This document shows positions 29,957 to 39,987 of a stretch of 64,000 nt of DNA, piece after piece. Made by a program: the position numbers and the translations under genes. The DNA is taken from the NCBI GenBank assembly GCA_965208575.1, contig CBDBOV010000005.1, forward strand, positions 928,001-992,000, written 5' to 3'. A model generated the notes under the pieces. It saw only the letters and a program-made list of their open reading frames with translations. It was not told the origin of the DNA and did not search any database. Each line of letters begins with the position of its first letter. The stretch's first letter is position 1. Source of the stretch: Spirochaetia bacterium. GTDB taxonomy: Bacteria; Spirochaetota; Spirochaetia; SZUA-6; Bin103.

Positions 29957-32836
29957 TCACTCCGCCTCGGCGGTGTCCTCGGGCAGCAGCACCACGCGCA
30001 CGTAGCGGTCGCGGTTGAGGTAGCGCGCTGCCGCGTCGACCACCTGGTCCAGCGTCAGGGCATCGAGCCGCTCGTCGAACCCGGGGATCACGGCGAAGTC
30101 CTCGCCGCGTTCGACCACCGCCTCGATCTGGCCGAGCCAGAATCCGTTGCGGCGCAACTGCTCCTCGCGGGCGCCGCTGATCAGCTCCTTGGCCGTGTCC
30201 AGGTACTCCTGCTCGCCGCCGGCGACCAGCCAGTCGACGCTCTCGAACACCTCTTCAAGCAGCTCGTCGGCGCGCGCCGGATCGCTGCCGAAGTCCACGA
30301 ACACCCGGTACTCGGGATCGGGCAGCAGCGACGCCGACGCGCCCACGTGGATCGAGTAGGTGCTGCCCAGCTCCATCTCGATGCGCTCGCGCACCTTCGC
30401 CTGCAGCATCTCCTTGAGCGCCGCGATGGCCATCGCCTCCGGCCGGCTCCAATCCATCTCCCCGGCGAATACCAGCCGCGTGCGGCTGCGCGGTTCGATC
30501 CCCATGTGCACCGCCAGGTCCACCACCTCCGCGGGCGGGTCGATATTCAGATCCCGCCACTGCTCATCGCGCCCGGCCGCCGGCAGGGCGGCCAGATAGT
30601 TGCTCGCCAGGGTGCGCAGCGAGTCCCATTCGAACGCGCCGACGATGATGAACGTGAAGTCGCCGAAGTCCGCGAACCGCTCCTCGTACACCGCAATCGA
30701 GCGCTGCAGGTCCATCTCTTCCAGCACCTCGACCGTGTACGGGCGGGAGCGGAAGTGGTCCTGGCTGAGTGCGCTGCGCAGCGTGTCGGCCCATACCGCG
30801 TCCGGCTGCGCGCGCCGGTTCTCGTAGTGGCTGCGCAGCCGAGACGAGTAGGAGGCGTAGTAGGTGGGATCGAGCCGCGGGGCGGTGCCGTAGAGCGTGA
30901 TGAGTTGAAAGAGCGTTTCCAGGTCGTCCGGAGACGAGCTGCCGGAAAAGCCCTCGAACAGCGCGCCGATGAACGGCTCCGCCTCGGCCGTGTTGCCGGC
31001 GAGCAGCTTGTCCAGCGCAACCCGGTCGTGCGCGCCGACGCCGCTGCCCTCGGCGATGGCGGTGGCGGTGATGGCGGCGAGGTAGTCGGCGTCCGCCACC
31101 AGCGAGGTGCCGCCGGGGCTGGTCGCCTTGACCAGCACCTCGTCGTTGCGGAAGTCGGTCTGCTTGGCGATCACGGTGACTCCGTTGGACAGGGTCCAGC
31201 GCACGGCATCGATCGCCTCGATCGACTCCTCGGCGGTGATGCTGCCCGGCTGCGGGGGATCGGCCATCAGCGGTACGTCGCTGGCCACGTCGTCGTACGG
31301 TGCCACCTGCAGGGCGCCGGCTCCCTTCAGCGTGGCGAGCAGCGCCTGCTCGACCTCGGGGCCGGAGGCGACCGCCTCGGGACCGCTGATCATCGCCACG
31401 GTGCTCTCCAGCGCGCGCCACGGCTCCGCCAGCCGGTTCACCTCCTGCAGCGTGATCTCCGGCAGGAGCTGCTGGTGCAACTCGTACTCCGCGTCGATGC
31501 CCGGCACCGGCTCGTCTTCCAGGTAGTGACGGACGTACTCCTCCACCAGCCGCACCGACGGCCGCTGGTCGCGCTCCAGCCACGCGCTCTCCATGCTGCG
31601 CAGCAGGTTGGCCTTCTCGCGCTCCAGCTCGGTCGCGGTAAACCCGTGGCGCAGAATGCGCTGCATCTCTTCCAGCACCGTGTCCAGCCCGCGCTCGACG
31701 CCGTCCTCGTCGACCCGCGCGATGGCGTACAACAGCGCGGTGTTCGGCACAAACAGCGTCTGGCCCATCCACGCCCCGATGAACGGCGGGTCGGCCACCT
31801 GGGTACGCTCGAACAACCGGGAGTTGGCCATCATCGCGAACAGCGACTGGGTCAGCAGGTGCCGGTAGGTGGCCAGGCTCTGACCGGTCGTCGGCGGCAG
31901 CTTGGCGTAGATGCGCAGTATGGTGGAACTCAGCTCCGGGTCGGTATTGACTGTCACGCGCGGTTCGTCGTGCGCCGGAACGGGATACTCGGGACGCACC
32001 GTGGGCGCCGCGGGCCGTGCAGCACGTTCCTGGTACGCCTCGCCTTCCGGCGGCGGCGCGAAGTGGCGGCGGACCAGGTCCACCATCGGCTCCGCATCGA
32101 AGTCGCCCACCACGGCCACCGCCATCAGGTCGGGCCGGTACCAGCGCTCGTAGAAGCCGACCAGGTCGTCGCGGGTGGCCGTCTCGATTACCTCCGGCAC
32201 GCCGATCGGGAGCCGCACCGAGTAGCGCGAATCACCGAACAGCACGGGATACTCCAGGTCCCGGATGCGCGCGGCCGCACCGCGCCGGGTGCGCCACTCT
32301 TCGAGCACCACGCCGCGCTCCTGTTCCACCTCCTCCGGATCGAAGGTGATGGCGAAAGCCCAGTCGCTGAGAATCTCGAACGCGGTCTCGATTACCTCCG
32401 GGTCGTCGGTTGGTATCTCGATCTTGTAGACGGTTTCATCGAACGAGGTGTGGGCGTTCAGGTCGGGGCCGAACTTGGCGCCGATCGACTCCAGGTATTC
32501 GATGATCTCGTGACCCGAAAAGCGCTCGGTGCCGTCGAACGCCATGTGCTCGACGTAGTGCGCGAGACCGCGTTCGTGCTCTTCCTCCAGGACAGAGCCG
32601 GCGCGTATCGCCAGCCGGAGCTGCGCGCGGTTGAGCGGTTCGCGGTTTTCCTTGACGTACCAGGTGAGGCCGTTGCTGAGCGTGCCGTGGTGCGCCTCCG
32701 GATCGAACGGAAGGTCACCATCTGCCGCCTGAGCCCAGGACGACGACGTGAACAGGAAGAGGAACAGAACGGCGGCAACCGGGACTGCGCACGCTCGGCT
32801 CCCCGCGCCTGCTGAACGGACCGTATGGGAATGCAT
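29957..32836 (-). CDS. M16 family zinc protease (insulinase/PqqL-like), probably exported
   Basis: Signal-like N-terminus, GTLSNGLTWY, GLAHYVEHMAF (HxxEH), NAHTSFDETVY, FYERWYRPD; second half restarts at TLSNGVTV. Confidence 0.92.
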   Translation of the reverse strand: MHSHTVRSAGAGSRACAVPVAAVLFLFLFTSSSWAQAADGDLPFDPEAHHGTLSNGLTWYVKENREPLNRAQLRLAIRAGSVLEEEHERGLAHYVEHMAFDGTERFSGHEIIEYLESIGAKFGPDLNAHTSFDETVYKIEIPTDDPEVIETAFEILSDWAFAITFDPEEVEQERGVVLEEWRTRRGAAARIRDLEYPVLFGDSRYSVRLPIGVPEVIETATRDDLVGFYERWYRPDLMAVAVVGDFDAEPMVDLVRRHFAPPPEGEAYQERAARPAAPTVRPEYPVPAHDEPRVTVNTDPELSSTILRIYAKLPPTTGQSLATYRHLLTQSLFAMMANSRLFERTQVADPPFIGAWMGQTLFVPNTALLYAIARVDEDGVERGLDTVLEEMQRILRHGFTATELEREKANLLRSMESAWLERDQRPSVRLVEEYVRHYLEDEPVPGIDAEYELHQQLLPEITLQEVNRLAEPWRALESTVAMISGPEAVASGPEVEQALLATLKGAGALQVAPYDDVASDVPLMADPPQPGSITAEESIEAIDAVRWTLSNGVTVIAKQTDFRNDEVLVKATSPGGTSLVADADYLAAITATAIAEGSGVGAHDRVALDKLLAGNTAEAEPFIGALFEGFSGSSSPDDLETLFQLITLYGTAPRLDPTYYASYSSRLRSHYENRRAQPDAVWADTLRSALSQDHFRSRPYTVEVLEEMDLQRSIAVYEERFADFGDFTFIIVGAFEWDSLRTLASNYLAALPAAGRDEQWRDLNIDPPAEVVDLAVHMGIEPRSRTRLVFAGEMDWSRPEAMAIAALKEMLQAKVRERIEMELGSTYSIHVGASASLLPDPEYRVFVDFGSDPARADELLEEVFESVDWLVAGGEQEYLDTAKELISGAREEQLRRNGFWLGQIEAVVERGEDFAVIPGFDERLDALTLDQVVDAAARYLNRDRYVRVVLLPEDTAEAE

Positions 32837-32961
32837 GAACAGAAAGATACCGGGTGCCTCGTGTTAAGGGCACGCGCGGATTCTTAATTTCGCGCAACGT
32901 GAAGGCGGGCTGCCAGCGCCCCGAGACCGCCGCCCAGGGCGCCGCTTCCGGCCCAGCCTGC

Positions 32962-33426
32962 CTACTGGAGGCGGAGTTCCTCCTCGGTCGGGACCGGGTA
33001 CAGGTCGATGCCGAGGGACACGGCGTTGCGGCGTATCGGCTTGGCGAGCGCCACCATGGCCAGCTCGGTTACCAGGCTGCGTGCGATCAGCGCCGTGGAC
33101 AGGTGGATCGCGTCGGGGGTGCGCAGCGGCTCGCGCGGGAACGGGCGTCGCGCCCGGTCGACCACCTGGGGGTCGATGGTGAAGATCGTCCAGTGCTCGG
33201 CGACCTGGTTGAGCGCGTCGCGCGTCTGGGCCACCCGCGCCAGGCTGAACACGCCGCGCTCCTGGCCGCGATGCAGTACGCGTTCGCACTCGACCAGTGC
33301 CAGGTCGGAGGTCAGTACCAGCTCCGCCGCCTGCAGCCGGAAGCGTATCTCATCGCCGCCGTCCTCTCCCATGAGCCACGCCAGGATTGCGCTCGACTCG
33401 GCGTAAATGTTCGCGGGTCTGCTCAT
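32962..33426 (-). CDS. vapC: PIN-domain toxin (VapC-like)
   Basis: IYAESSAIL, LALVECER, LRTPDAIHLSTA; overlaps the antitoxin stop. Confidence 0.8.
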   Translation of the reverse strand: MSRPANIYAESSAILAWLMGEDGGDEIRFRLQAAELVLTSDLALVECERVLHRGQERGVFSLARVAQTRDALNQVAEHWTIFTIDPQVVDRARRPFPREPLRTPDAIHLSTALIARSLVTELAMVALAKPIRRNAVSLGIDLYPVPTEEELRLQ

Positions 33427-33713
33427 AGCAGTCCTCGTTCGTCGTCGAGCAGACGCTGCGTGCTGTCGGGGGTAAGCGAACGCTGCACACGCGGGTAGGA
33501 AACGGCCACGTTGGGCGCACCGAGACGGGCTCGGCCGGCGCGCGCATGACGAATCAGACCGGCGTATTCGGCCCCGCGCGGAACGCCGGTGGGCTGGCGC
33601 AATTCGGCGACCACCCGGCCGCGGTCGGTGACCAGAAACTCTTCGCCGCGGCGGACTCGGCGGACGAACTCGCTGAGCCGGTTTTTCAACTCACGGATAC
33701 CAACAGAAGTCAC
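33423..33713 (-). CDS. Phd/YefM family antitoxin
   Basis: VGIRELKNRLSEFVRRVRRGEEFLVTDRGRVVAEL. Confidence 0.85.
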   Translation of the reverse strand: MTSVGIRELKNRLSEFVRRVRRGEEFLVTDRGRVVAELRQPTGVPRGAEYAGLIRHARAGRARLGAPNVAVSYPRVQRSLTPDSTQRLLDDERGLL

Positions 33714-33717
33714 GGTG

Positions 33718-33732
33718 GCTACAATTTGTAGC
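33718..33732. promoter_or_regulatory. Palindromic operator upstream of the phd-vapC operon
   Basis: GCTACAA-T-TTGTAGC perfect inverted repeat 4 bp upstream of the GTG. Confidence 0.6.
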
Positions 33733-33937
33733 AATGTAGGCACATCTGTCTACGGTACGGGCGAATTTTCTTGCACTTTCGCGCTCTTTTTTTGGTGATT
33801 CCTGAATGTGTTGCGCGCCTCTTGCGGGCTGACCATGCACGGGTTACAAGAGTGCCGAGGGGCAACTTGGGGATGCAGAAGGCGAAGACAATCCACCTGC
33901 GCGCGCTCCCGTCCCGGCCACGGTTTCGGGGCACGTC

Positions 33938-35533
33938 ATGAGCGCGCAATACCTGATCGGTGTCGACCTCGGGACCAGCCTGGTGAAGGCGGGGCTGTAC
34001 GACGCGGCAGGCCGGCTGGTGGCGCAGGCGGCCCGCCCGGCGCCGCTACGGCAGCCGGCCCCGGGGGTGGCGGAACAGGACGGCGACGAATTCCTGGCCG
34101 CCGCCGCGGCGTGCGTGCAGGAGGTGGTGAGCGGGGCGGGGGCCGCGCCGGCGCAGGTTGCGGGGATCGCGTTCGACGGGCAGATGGGCGGCGCCATGGC
34201 GGTGGACGCGCGGTTTCGGGCCCTGACGCCCTGGTACCCGTCCGGGCTCGATGGACGCTACCTGCCGCACCAGCAGGAGCTTGCCGAGCGTGCCGGAACC
34301 CATCTGATCGAGCGCTGCGGCGACCTGCCGATCATGGCGCCGCGCATGCTGTGGTGGCGCGAGCAGTCGCCGGAACGGTACCGCGGCATCGCCAAGGTAG
34401 TGACGCTGGCCGGCTTCGTCGCCGGGCGCATGGCCGGGCTGCACGCCGACCGGGCATTCGTGGACGCCTCCTACCTGACCTGGGTGGGGCTGGGCGACAC
34501 GGCGGGCCACCGCTGGTCGGCGGAACTGGCGGAGATCAACGGTCTCGGCGGCGGCGGTCTGGCCAGGATGCCGCGCATCGTGCCGGCGACCGAGGTGGTG
34601 GGACACCTGTCGCGCGAGGCGGCGGCCGCCTGCGGTGTTGCGGAAGGGGTGCCGGTGGTGGCCGGCGCCGGCGACCAGGCGGCCGGGTTCGTGGGCGCCG
34701 GCCTGGTCGAGCCGGGCCAACTGATCGACGTGGCCGGCACGTTCCCGGTGTTCGGGATCTGCTCGCGGCGCTACTTCGCCGACCTGGACACGCGCATGCT
34801 CAAGCCGATCGCCAGTCCGCTCGGCGGCGGCGCCTGGTACTCGATGATGTATATCAACGGCGGCGGCCTGACCCACCGCTGGTTCGCCGAGCAGTTCGCG
34901 GCGGCGGCAGGCGAGGCCGCCGCTGCCGCGGGCGGCGCGCCGTTCGCGGCGCTGGACGCCGCGGCGGAGCAGGTGGCGGCGGGTTCGGACGGCCTGCTGT
35001 GCGTGCCGCACCTGATGGGCCGGGCATGTCCGAACGAGCCCGACGTGCGCGGCGCCTGGGTCGGGTTTACCTGGACGCATGGGCGGGCGCACTTCTACCG
35101 CGCCCTGCTGGAGTCGGTCGCCTACGAGTATGCCCTGGCGTGCCGGGCGCTGCGCGCGGCGGCGCCCGACCTCGCGCTGGAGGAGGTACGGGTGACCGGC
35201 GGCGGTTCGGCGAGCGGCCTGTGGAACCGGATCAAGGCCGACGTCCTCGGGCTGCCCTACGTGCGGCTCGCGGTGCCGGATGCCTCGACGCTGGGCAGCG
35301 CGATTCTGGCCGGGCACGGCGTCGGGTTGATGCCGGACATGGCGGTCGTGGCCGGCAGCGCCGCGCGGCCGGGCACGCGGTATCTGCCGGGTGACACCGC
35401 GCACCAACGGTACGGCGCTTGCGTCGACGCCTACGGAAACGCACTGCGCCGCCTGGGCGGCGCTTACACTGCGCTCGCGGACCTGCGCTCCGCGAGCGCC
35501 GATCACGCGGGTGCAAGCATCGGCAGCCGCTGA
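33938..35533 (+). CDS. FGGY family carbohydrate kinase (xylulokinase-like)
   Basis: IGVDLGTSLVK, EQD, GAGDQAAG, ALLESVAY, VTGGGS. Confidence 0.88.
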   Translation: MSAQYLIGVDLGTSLVKAGLYDAAGRLVAQAARPAPLRQPAPGVAEQDGDEFLAAAAACVQEVVSGAGAAPAQVAGIAFDGQMGGAMAVDARFRALTPWYPSGLDGRYLPHQQELAERAGTHLIERCGDLPIMAPRMLWWREQSPERYRGIAKVVTLAGFVAGRMAGLHADRAFVDASYLTWVGLGDTAGHRWSAELAEINGLGGGGLARMPRIVPATEVVGHLSREAAAACGVAEGVPVVAGAGDQAAGFVGAGLVEPGQLIDVAGTFPVFGICSRRYFADLDTRMLKPIASPLGGGAWYSMMYINGGGLTHRWFAEQFAAAAGEAAAAAGGAPFAALDAAAEQVAAGSDGLLCVPHLMGRACPNEPDVRGAWVGFTWTHGRAHFYRALLESVAYEYALACRALRAAAPDLALEEVRVTGGGSASGLWNRIKADVLGLPYVRLAVPDASTLGSAILAGHGVGLMPDMAVVAGSAARPGTRYLPGDTAHQRYGACVDAYGNALRRLGGAYTALADLRSASADHAGASIGSR

Positions 35534-35812
35534 GCGGTCCGCCGTCAACCGGTGGCGCATCCACCCGCTGCAACGAGTGGGGGTGCTTCCCGGCCGACCG
35601 CGCTGCTCCTCGCACACCCGTGGCGACCCGCTCGTTCGGCGCGCGGCCGGCCGGGCGCCGCGCCGCACCCCGGCGCGATGCCGGGCGCCGCAGGCTGCTG
35701 GAGCAGGCCGCGCGGTTCGCCGAAGCGACGGAGCAAGGCCCGGGCGATCGGCAAGACTCCACGACCGCCGTGCGGCTGGCGGCAAGCCCCGGGTTTGCGC
35801 ACACTGCGGGCC

Positions 35813-37201
35813 ATGAGTCGACCCAACATCATCCTGTTCCTGACCGATCAGCTCCGCCAGGACGCCCTGGGGTGCTACGGCAATGCGATCTGCCGGACGC
35901 CGAACCTGGATCGCCTGGCGGCGCAGGGGACCGTCTTCGACTACGCCTACACCACCTCGCCGGTGTGCTCGCCGGCGCGCGCCTCCCTGCTCACCGGGCT
36001 GTACCCGCACAACCACGGCGTCATGATCAACACCCACATCGGGCCGGCTTGGTGCCGTGGGCTGTCGCCGGAATTCCCCACCTTCTCGGCATTGCTGCGC
36101 GCCGGCGGCTACGCGCTCGACTACGTGGGCAAGTGGCACGTGCACCAGGACCGGGGGCCGGAGGAGTACGGCTTTCACCGCCACGTCACGCCGGAGGCGG
36201 TGCGCCGCGGCAAGCCGGAGACGATGGTGTACATCGACTTCCCGGGCGGCCGGCAGGCGGTGTGCGGCGTGCTCGACGCGCCCAAGGAGCAGTCCTTCTC
36301 GTGGCGCTGCACCGACGAAGGCATCGCCTTCATCCATGAGCGCGCGGCCGGCGAGCAGCCGTTCTTCCTGCGCATCGACTGCACCGCTCCCCACTTCGCC
36401 AACATCGTGCCGGAGCCGTTCGCGTCGCTGCACGACCCGGCCGCCATTCCGCCGTGGCCCAACTTCCACGAGTCGTTCGCCGGCAAGCCCGCCGCCCACC
36501 TGCGCAAGCACCGCGAGTGGCACCTGGAGGACAAGGACTGGGCGTGGTGGCGGCCGGCGGTGGCCAGGTACTACGGCGACGTGGCGCTGCTCGATGCCTG
36601 CCTGGGCCGGGTGGTGGCGGCAGTCGAGGAGAACGGCATCGCCGACGACACGGTGATCATATTCGCCACCGACCACGGCGACTCGATGGGCAGCCACCGG
36701 CACTTCGAGAAGGCCGGCACGATGTACGAGGAGGTGTTCCGGATTCCCCTGATCGTCAAGTTGCCCGGTGCTCCCGCACAGCGCACAGGCCACTTCGTTC
36801 GCCTCATGGACCTGATGCCCACCATCGTCGAGCTCGCCGGCATCGCCGCGCTGGACGGTATCGACGCGCTGAGTCTGCTGCCGCTGTTGCAGGGCGAGGA
36901 GCCGTCAACGTGGCCGGACAGCGTGTACTGCGAACAGCACGGCGAGGTGTGGGGCTACCAGACGCAGCGCATGGTCCGAACGCAGGACTGGAAGTACGTG
37001 TACAACGCTCACGACCTCGACGAGCTGTACGACGTGCGCAACGACCCCTTCGAGATGCGCAACCGCATCGACGACCCTGCGGTACGCGCGGCGCAGCAGG
37101 AGATGAAGGGCCGCCTGCTCGGCTGGAACGACGCCACCGGCGACCAGTTGCAATGGAACTGGGTGCGCTGGAACTTCCCGGCCCCGATCCCGCCGCGGTA
37201 G
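35813..37201 (+). CDS. Sulfatase (Cys-type, formylglycine-dependent)
   Basis: RPNIILFLTDQLR, TPNLD, CSPARASLLTG (CxPxR), GKWH, TDHGD, ELYDVRNDPFE. Confidence 0.92.
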   Translation: MSRPNIILFLTDQLRQDALGCYGNAICRTPNLDRLAAQGTVFDYAYTTSPVCSPARASLLTGLYPHNHGVMINTHIGPAWCRGLSPEFPTFSALLRAGGYALDYVGKWHVHQDRGPEEYGFHRHVTPEAVRRGKPETMVYIDFPGGRQAVCGVLDAPKEQSFSWRCTDEGIAFIHERAAGEQPFFLRIDCTAPHFANIVPEPFASLHDPAAIPPWPNFHESFAGKPAAHLRKHREWHLEDKDWAWWRPAVARYYGDVALLDACLGRVVAAVEENGIADDTVIIFATDHGDSMGSHRHFEKAGTMYEEVFRIPLIVKLPGAPAQRTGHFVRLMDLMPTIVELAGIAALDGIDALSLLPLLQGEEPSTWPDSVYCEQHGEVWGYQTQRMVRTQDWKYVYNAHDLDELYDVRNDPFEMRNRIDDPAVRAAQQEMKGRLLGWNDATGDQLQWNWVRWNFPAPIPPR

Positions 37202-37359
37202 CGGCCCGGGGCGCTCGCCCCGGGCGGCCGCCGGCCGGCCGCTGCGCCGGAGGCGTCGGAGGCGTCGAACCGGTGCGCGGCAAGCGTGCGGCCAGGAGTC
37301 GCCTGCCTGGGACGGGCGAGGGGTATGCGCCGGCGCGCGCGCGCCGGCTCGTCGCGGGC

Positions 37360-37662
37360 CTACCCCCCGGTCCGGGCCGGTTGCGCCGCCGAGGTGCGTC
37401 CGAAGCGCAGCGCGGCGCGTGCCCGCGCCTTGGCGGCCTCAGCCTCGCGGTCGCGCGGCGGGGCGCTGGTGACCAGCGTGTCGAGCAGGCGGCCGGTGGC
37501 GGCGGCCACGTCGTCCACGGCGCGCAGGAACGCGGCTTCATTGGCGCGCGACGGCCTGCTGGCGCCGGACACCTTGCGCACGTACTGCAGCGCGGCGGCG
37601 CGCACCTCCTCGCGCGTGGCGGGCGGCGCGAAATTGTGCAGAGGACGAATGTTGCGGCACAT
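37360..37662 (-). CDS. DUF2277 family protein
   Basis: MCRNIRPLHNFAPPATREEVRAAALQYVRKVSG. Confidence 0.8.
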   Translation of the reverse strand: MCRNIRPLHNFAPPATREEVRAAALQYVRKVSGASRPSRANEAAFLRAVDDVAAATGRLLDTLVTSAPPRDREAEAAKARARAALRFGRTSAAQPARTGG

Positions 37663-37845
37663 GACGGGGCGCATTGTAGGCGAGTTCCGCCGCCGCCGCG
37701 AGCCCCGCACCGTCACGGCTCGCCACGGCTGTGGCGCCGCGCACGCCATGTCGAGTTCCGGTCCCGCGGATGGTGGTGATTGCTTACTTGTGTTCCTTGC
37801 GTGCGTGCGCTAACCTGCCGCCACAATTCCGTGAGGAGGAATCGA

Positions 37846-39912
37846 GTGAAACACAGACTATTGTCGTGTGCCGGCCTGGTGGCCGGCATCATGCTGGCCG
37901 CGGTGCCGCTGTTTGCCAGCGGCGAGGAAGAGGGGGCCGCCGGCGGCGGCGCCGCCGCCATGGCCGCGGAGGGCAGCGACATCATCAAGATCGTGGGCCG
38001 CTACACGGTCCGGGAGAGCTGGCTGACGCCGCCGACGGCCTCGCAGGTGGGCATCACCACCTTCCAGGAGGCGCCGATGCTGGCCGCCATGGTGCAGGCG
38101 GGCGAGTTGCCGCCGGTGGAGGACCGGCTGCCCGACGACCCGATGGTGATGGAGCCCTATTCGGAGGTGGGCCAGTACGGCGGCGAGCTGCGCGTGGCGC
38201 GCACCGGACCCACCGACTACGGCGACATGCACCGCGGCGCCAAGACCTTCCTGTTCCGCGCCGACCCGACCCTGAACGAGATCATCCCGCACGGCGCCAA
38301 GGGCTACACCTTGTCCGACGACCGCACCGTGCTCACTTTCCACCTGCGCGAGGGGATGAAGTGGTCGGACGGCATGCCGTTCACCACCGCCGACTTCATG
38401 TGGGTATACGACAACGTGTTCCTGAACCCGGACATTCCGAGTCAGGCGATCCGCTGGTCGAACGCCGGCGAGTTGTCCAAGTGGGAGGCGATCGACGACT
38501 ACACGCTGCGCATGACCTACGCGGCGCCGCTGACGCCGACCTACCTGATTCCGCTGCTGAACTTCCACCGCACCCGGCAGGGCAACATCTACTCGCCGGT
38601 GCACTACATCGAGCAGTTCCACGCCGACTTCAACGACAAGGCGGAGGAGATGGCCCAGGCGGAGGGACACGAAAACTGGATCGCTCACCTGCGCGCCCGC
38701 ATGGAGACTGCGCCGCGGGAGGCGTACCCGCAGCCGAAGCTGGCCGCGTGGGTGCTGGAGAGCCGTGACTCGACCGGCAAGTTCAGCGTGCGCAACCCGT
38801 ACTTCTTCGCGGTCGACTCGGCCGGCAACCAGCTTCCCTACATCGACACCCTGCGGGCGATCTTCTTCGCCGACAAGCAGGTGGCGATCCTGAACATGAT
38901 GCAGGGCAAGGTGGACATCGGCGGGCGCATGATGGACCCGGCCAGTTTCGCCCTGTACAAGCAGAACGAAGAGGTGGGCGGCTACAACGTGCGCGAGTGG
39001 CAGGACACCAAGACCAGCCGCGTCATCTTCATGCCCAACATGAACAGCATGCACCCGGTCAAGGGGCCGGTCCTGTTCGACAAGCGGTTCCGTCAGGCGC
39101 TGTCGCTGGCCATCAACCGCCAGGAGATCAACGAGTTCGTGTTCCTGGGCCTGGCCACCCCGGCGCAGTACTCGGTCGATCCGGGCGCCGCGTTCTACGA
39201 CGAGGCCTGGGCCCGCTCGTACGCCGATTACGATCCGGAGGCGGCCAAGGCCAAGCTCGACGAGATGGGCATGACCGACCGCGACGGCGACGGCTGGCGC
39301 GAGGCGCCGGGCGGCGAGGAGTTCATCCTCGACCTGCGTCCCCATACCAGCTCGGTGCTCGGCACCATGGGCGACAACATCAGCGAGCTGGCCCGCACCT
39401 ACTGGGAGGAAATCGGCATCAAGATCAACTACAAGCAGATCGCCCAGGAGCTGCAGTCGCAGTTGCTGAACGCCAACGAGCTGGACATCGTGATCTTCGT
39501 CTCCGAGCACTACATGCCGAGCCGGCTGTCGTCGCCGCCGCCGTTCGGGGGTGACGTGATCATCCACTCGCTCGAGTGGCGCAACTTCTACCGCCACCAG
39601 CGCTGGCTGGACGGCGGCAAGCAGGGCGACGAGCCGCCGATGGGCACCGAGCCGCCGCCGGAGTGGAAGCAGTGGATCGACGACTGGCACGCCTGGGTCG
39701 ACGCTGCCGACGCCGAGGAATTCAACCGCATCGGCGCCAAGGTGTGGGCGTTCCAGGCCGAGCAACTGCCGGTCATCGGCACGGTGGCCAAGGCGGTGCG
39801 GCCGATCATCATCAACAGCCGCATCAACAACGTGCCGGACGTGCTGCCGTTCTCGTTCGAGAGCTTCCTCTGGGTGCAGACTCTGCCGGCCCAGTGGTAT
39901 ATCGACGAGTAG
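37846..39912 (+). CDS. Family 5 ABC substrate-binding protein (oligosaccharide/peptide)
   Basis: RBS gaggagg; signal ..PLFASGEEE; GELPPVEDRLP, YGGELR, LREGMKWSDG, NQLPYID, FRQALSLAINR. Confidence 0.9.
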   Translation: MKHRLLSCAGLVAGIMLAAVPLFASGEEEGAAGGGAAAMAAEGSDIIKIVGRYTVRESWLTPPTASQVGITTFQEAPMLAAMVQAGELPPVEDRLPDDPMVMEPYSEVGQYGGELRVARTGPTDYGDMHRGAKTFLFRADPTLNEIIPHGAKGYTLSDDRTVLTFHLREGMKWSDGMPFTTADFMWVYDNVFLNPDIPSQAIRWSNAGELSKWEAIDDYTLRMTYAAPLTPTYLIPLLNFHRTRQGNIYSPVHYIEQFHADFNDKAEEMAQAEGHENWIAHLRARMETAPREAYPQPKLAAWVLESRDSTGKFSVRNPYFFAVDSAGNQLPYIDTLRAIFFADKQVAILNMMQGKVDIGGRMMDPASFALYKQNEEVGGYNVREWQDTKTSRVIFMPNMNSMHPVKGPVLFDKRFRQALSLAINRQEINEFVFLGLATPAQYSVDPGAAFYDEAWARSYADYDPEAAKAKLDEMGMTDRDGDGWREAPGGEEFILDLRPHTSSVLGTMGDNISELARTYWEEIGIKINYKQIAQELQSQLLNANELDIVIFVSEHYMPSRLSSPPPFGGDVIIHSLEWRNFYRHQRWLDGGKQGDEPPMGTEPPPEWKQWIDDWHAWVDAADAEEFNRIGAKVWAFQAEQLPVIGTVAKAVRPIIINSRINNVPDVLPFSFESFLWVQTLPAQWYIDE

Positions 39913-39942
39913 CGACGGCGCGCTGACGCTGACGCAACCTCG

Positions 39943-39973
39943 GGCCGCACCTCCCCGCGCGGGGGGTGCGGCC
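39943..39973 (+). terminator. Stem-loop between SBP and permease
   Basis: ggccgcacc(t)cccc-gcgc-ggggggtgcggcc. Confidence 0.5.
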
Positions 39974-39987
39974 GGTAGGGGGCCGCG

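Noticed and set aside
29594-32815. 1073-aa ORF, and similar long ORFs at 1209..3977, 34046..36793 and 37858..40566
   Set aside because: Antisense or off-frame shadows of real genes, typical of high-GC DNA; no motifs.
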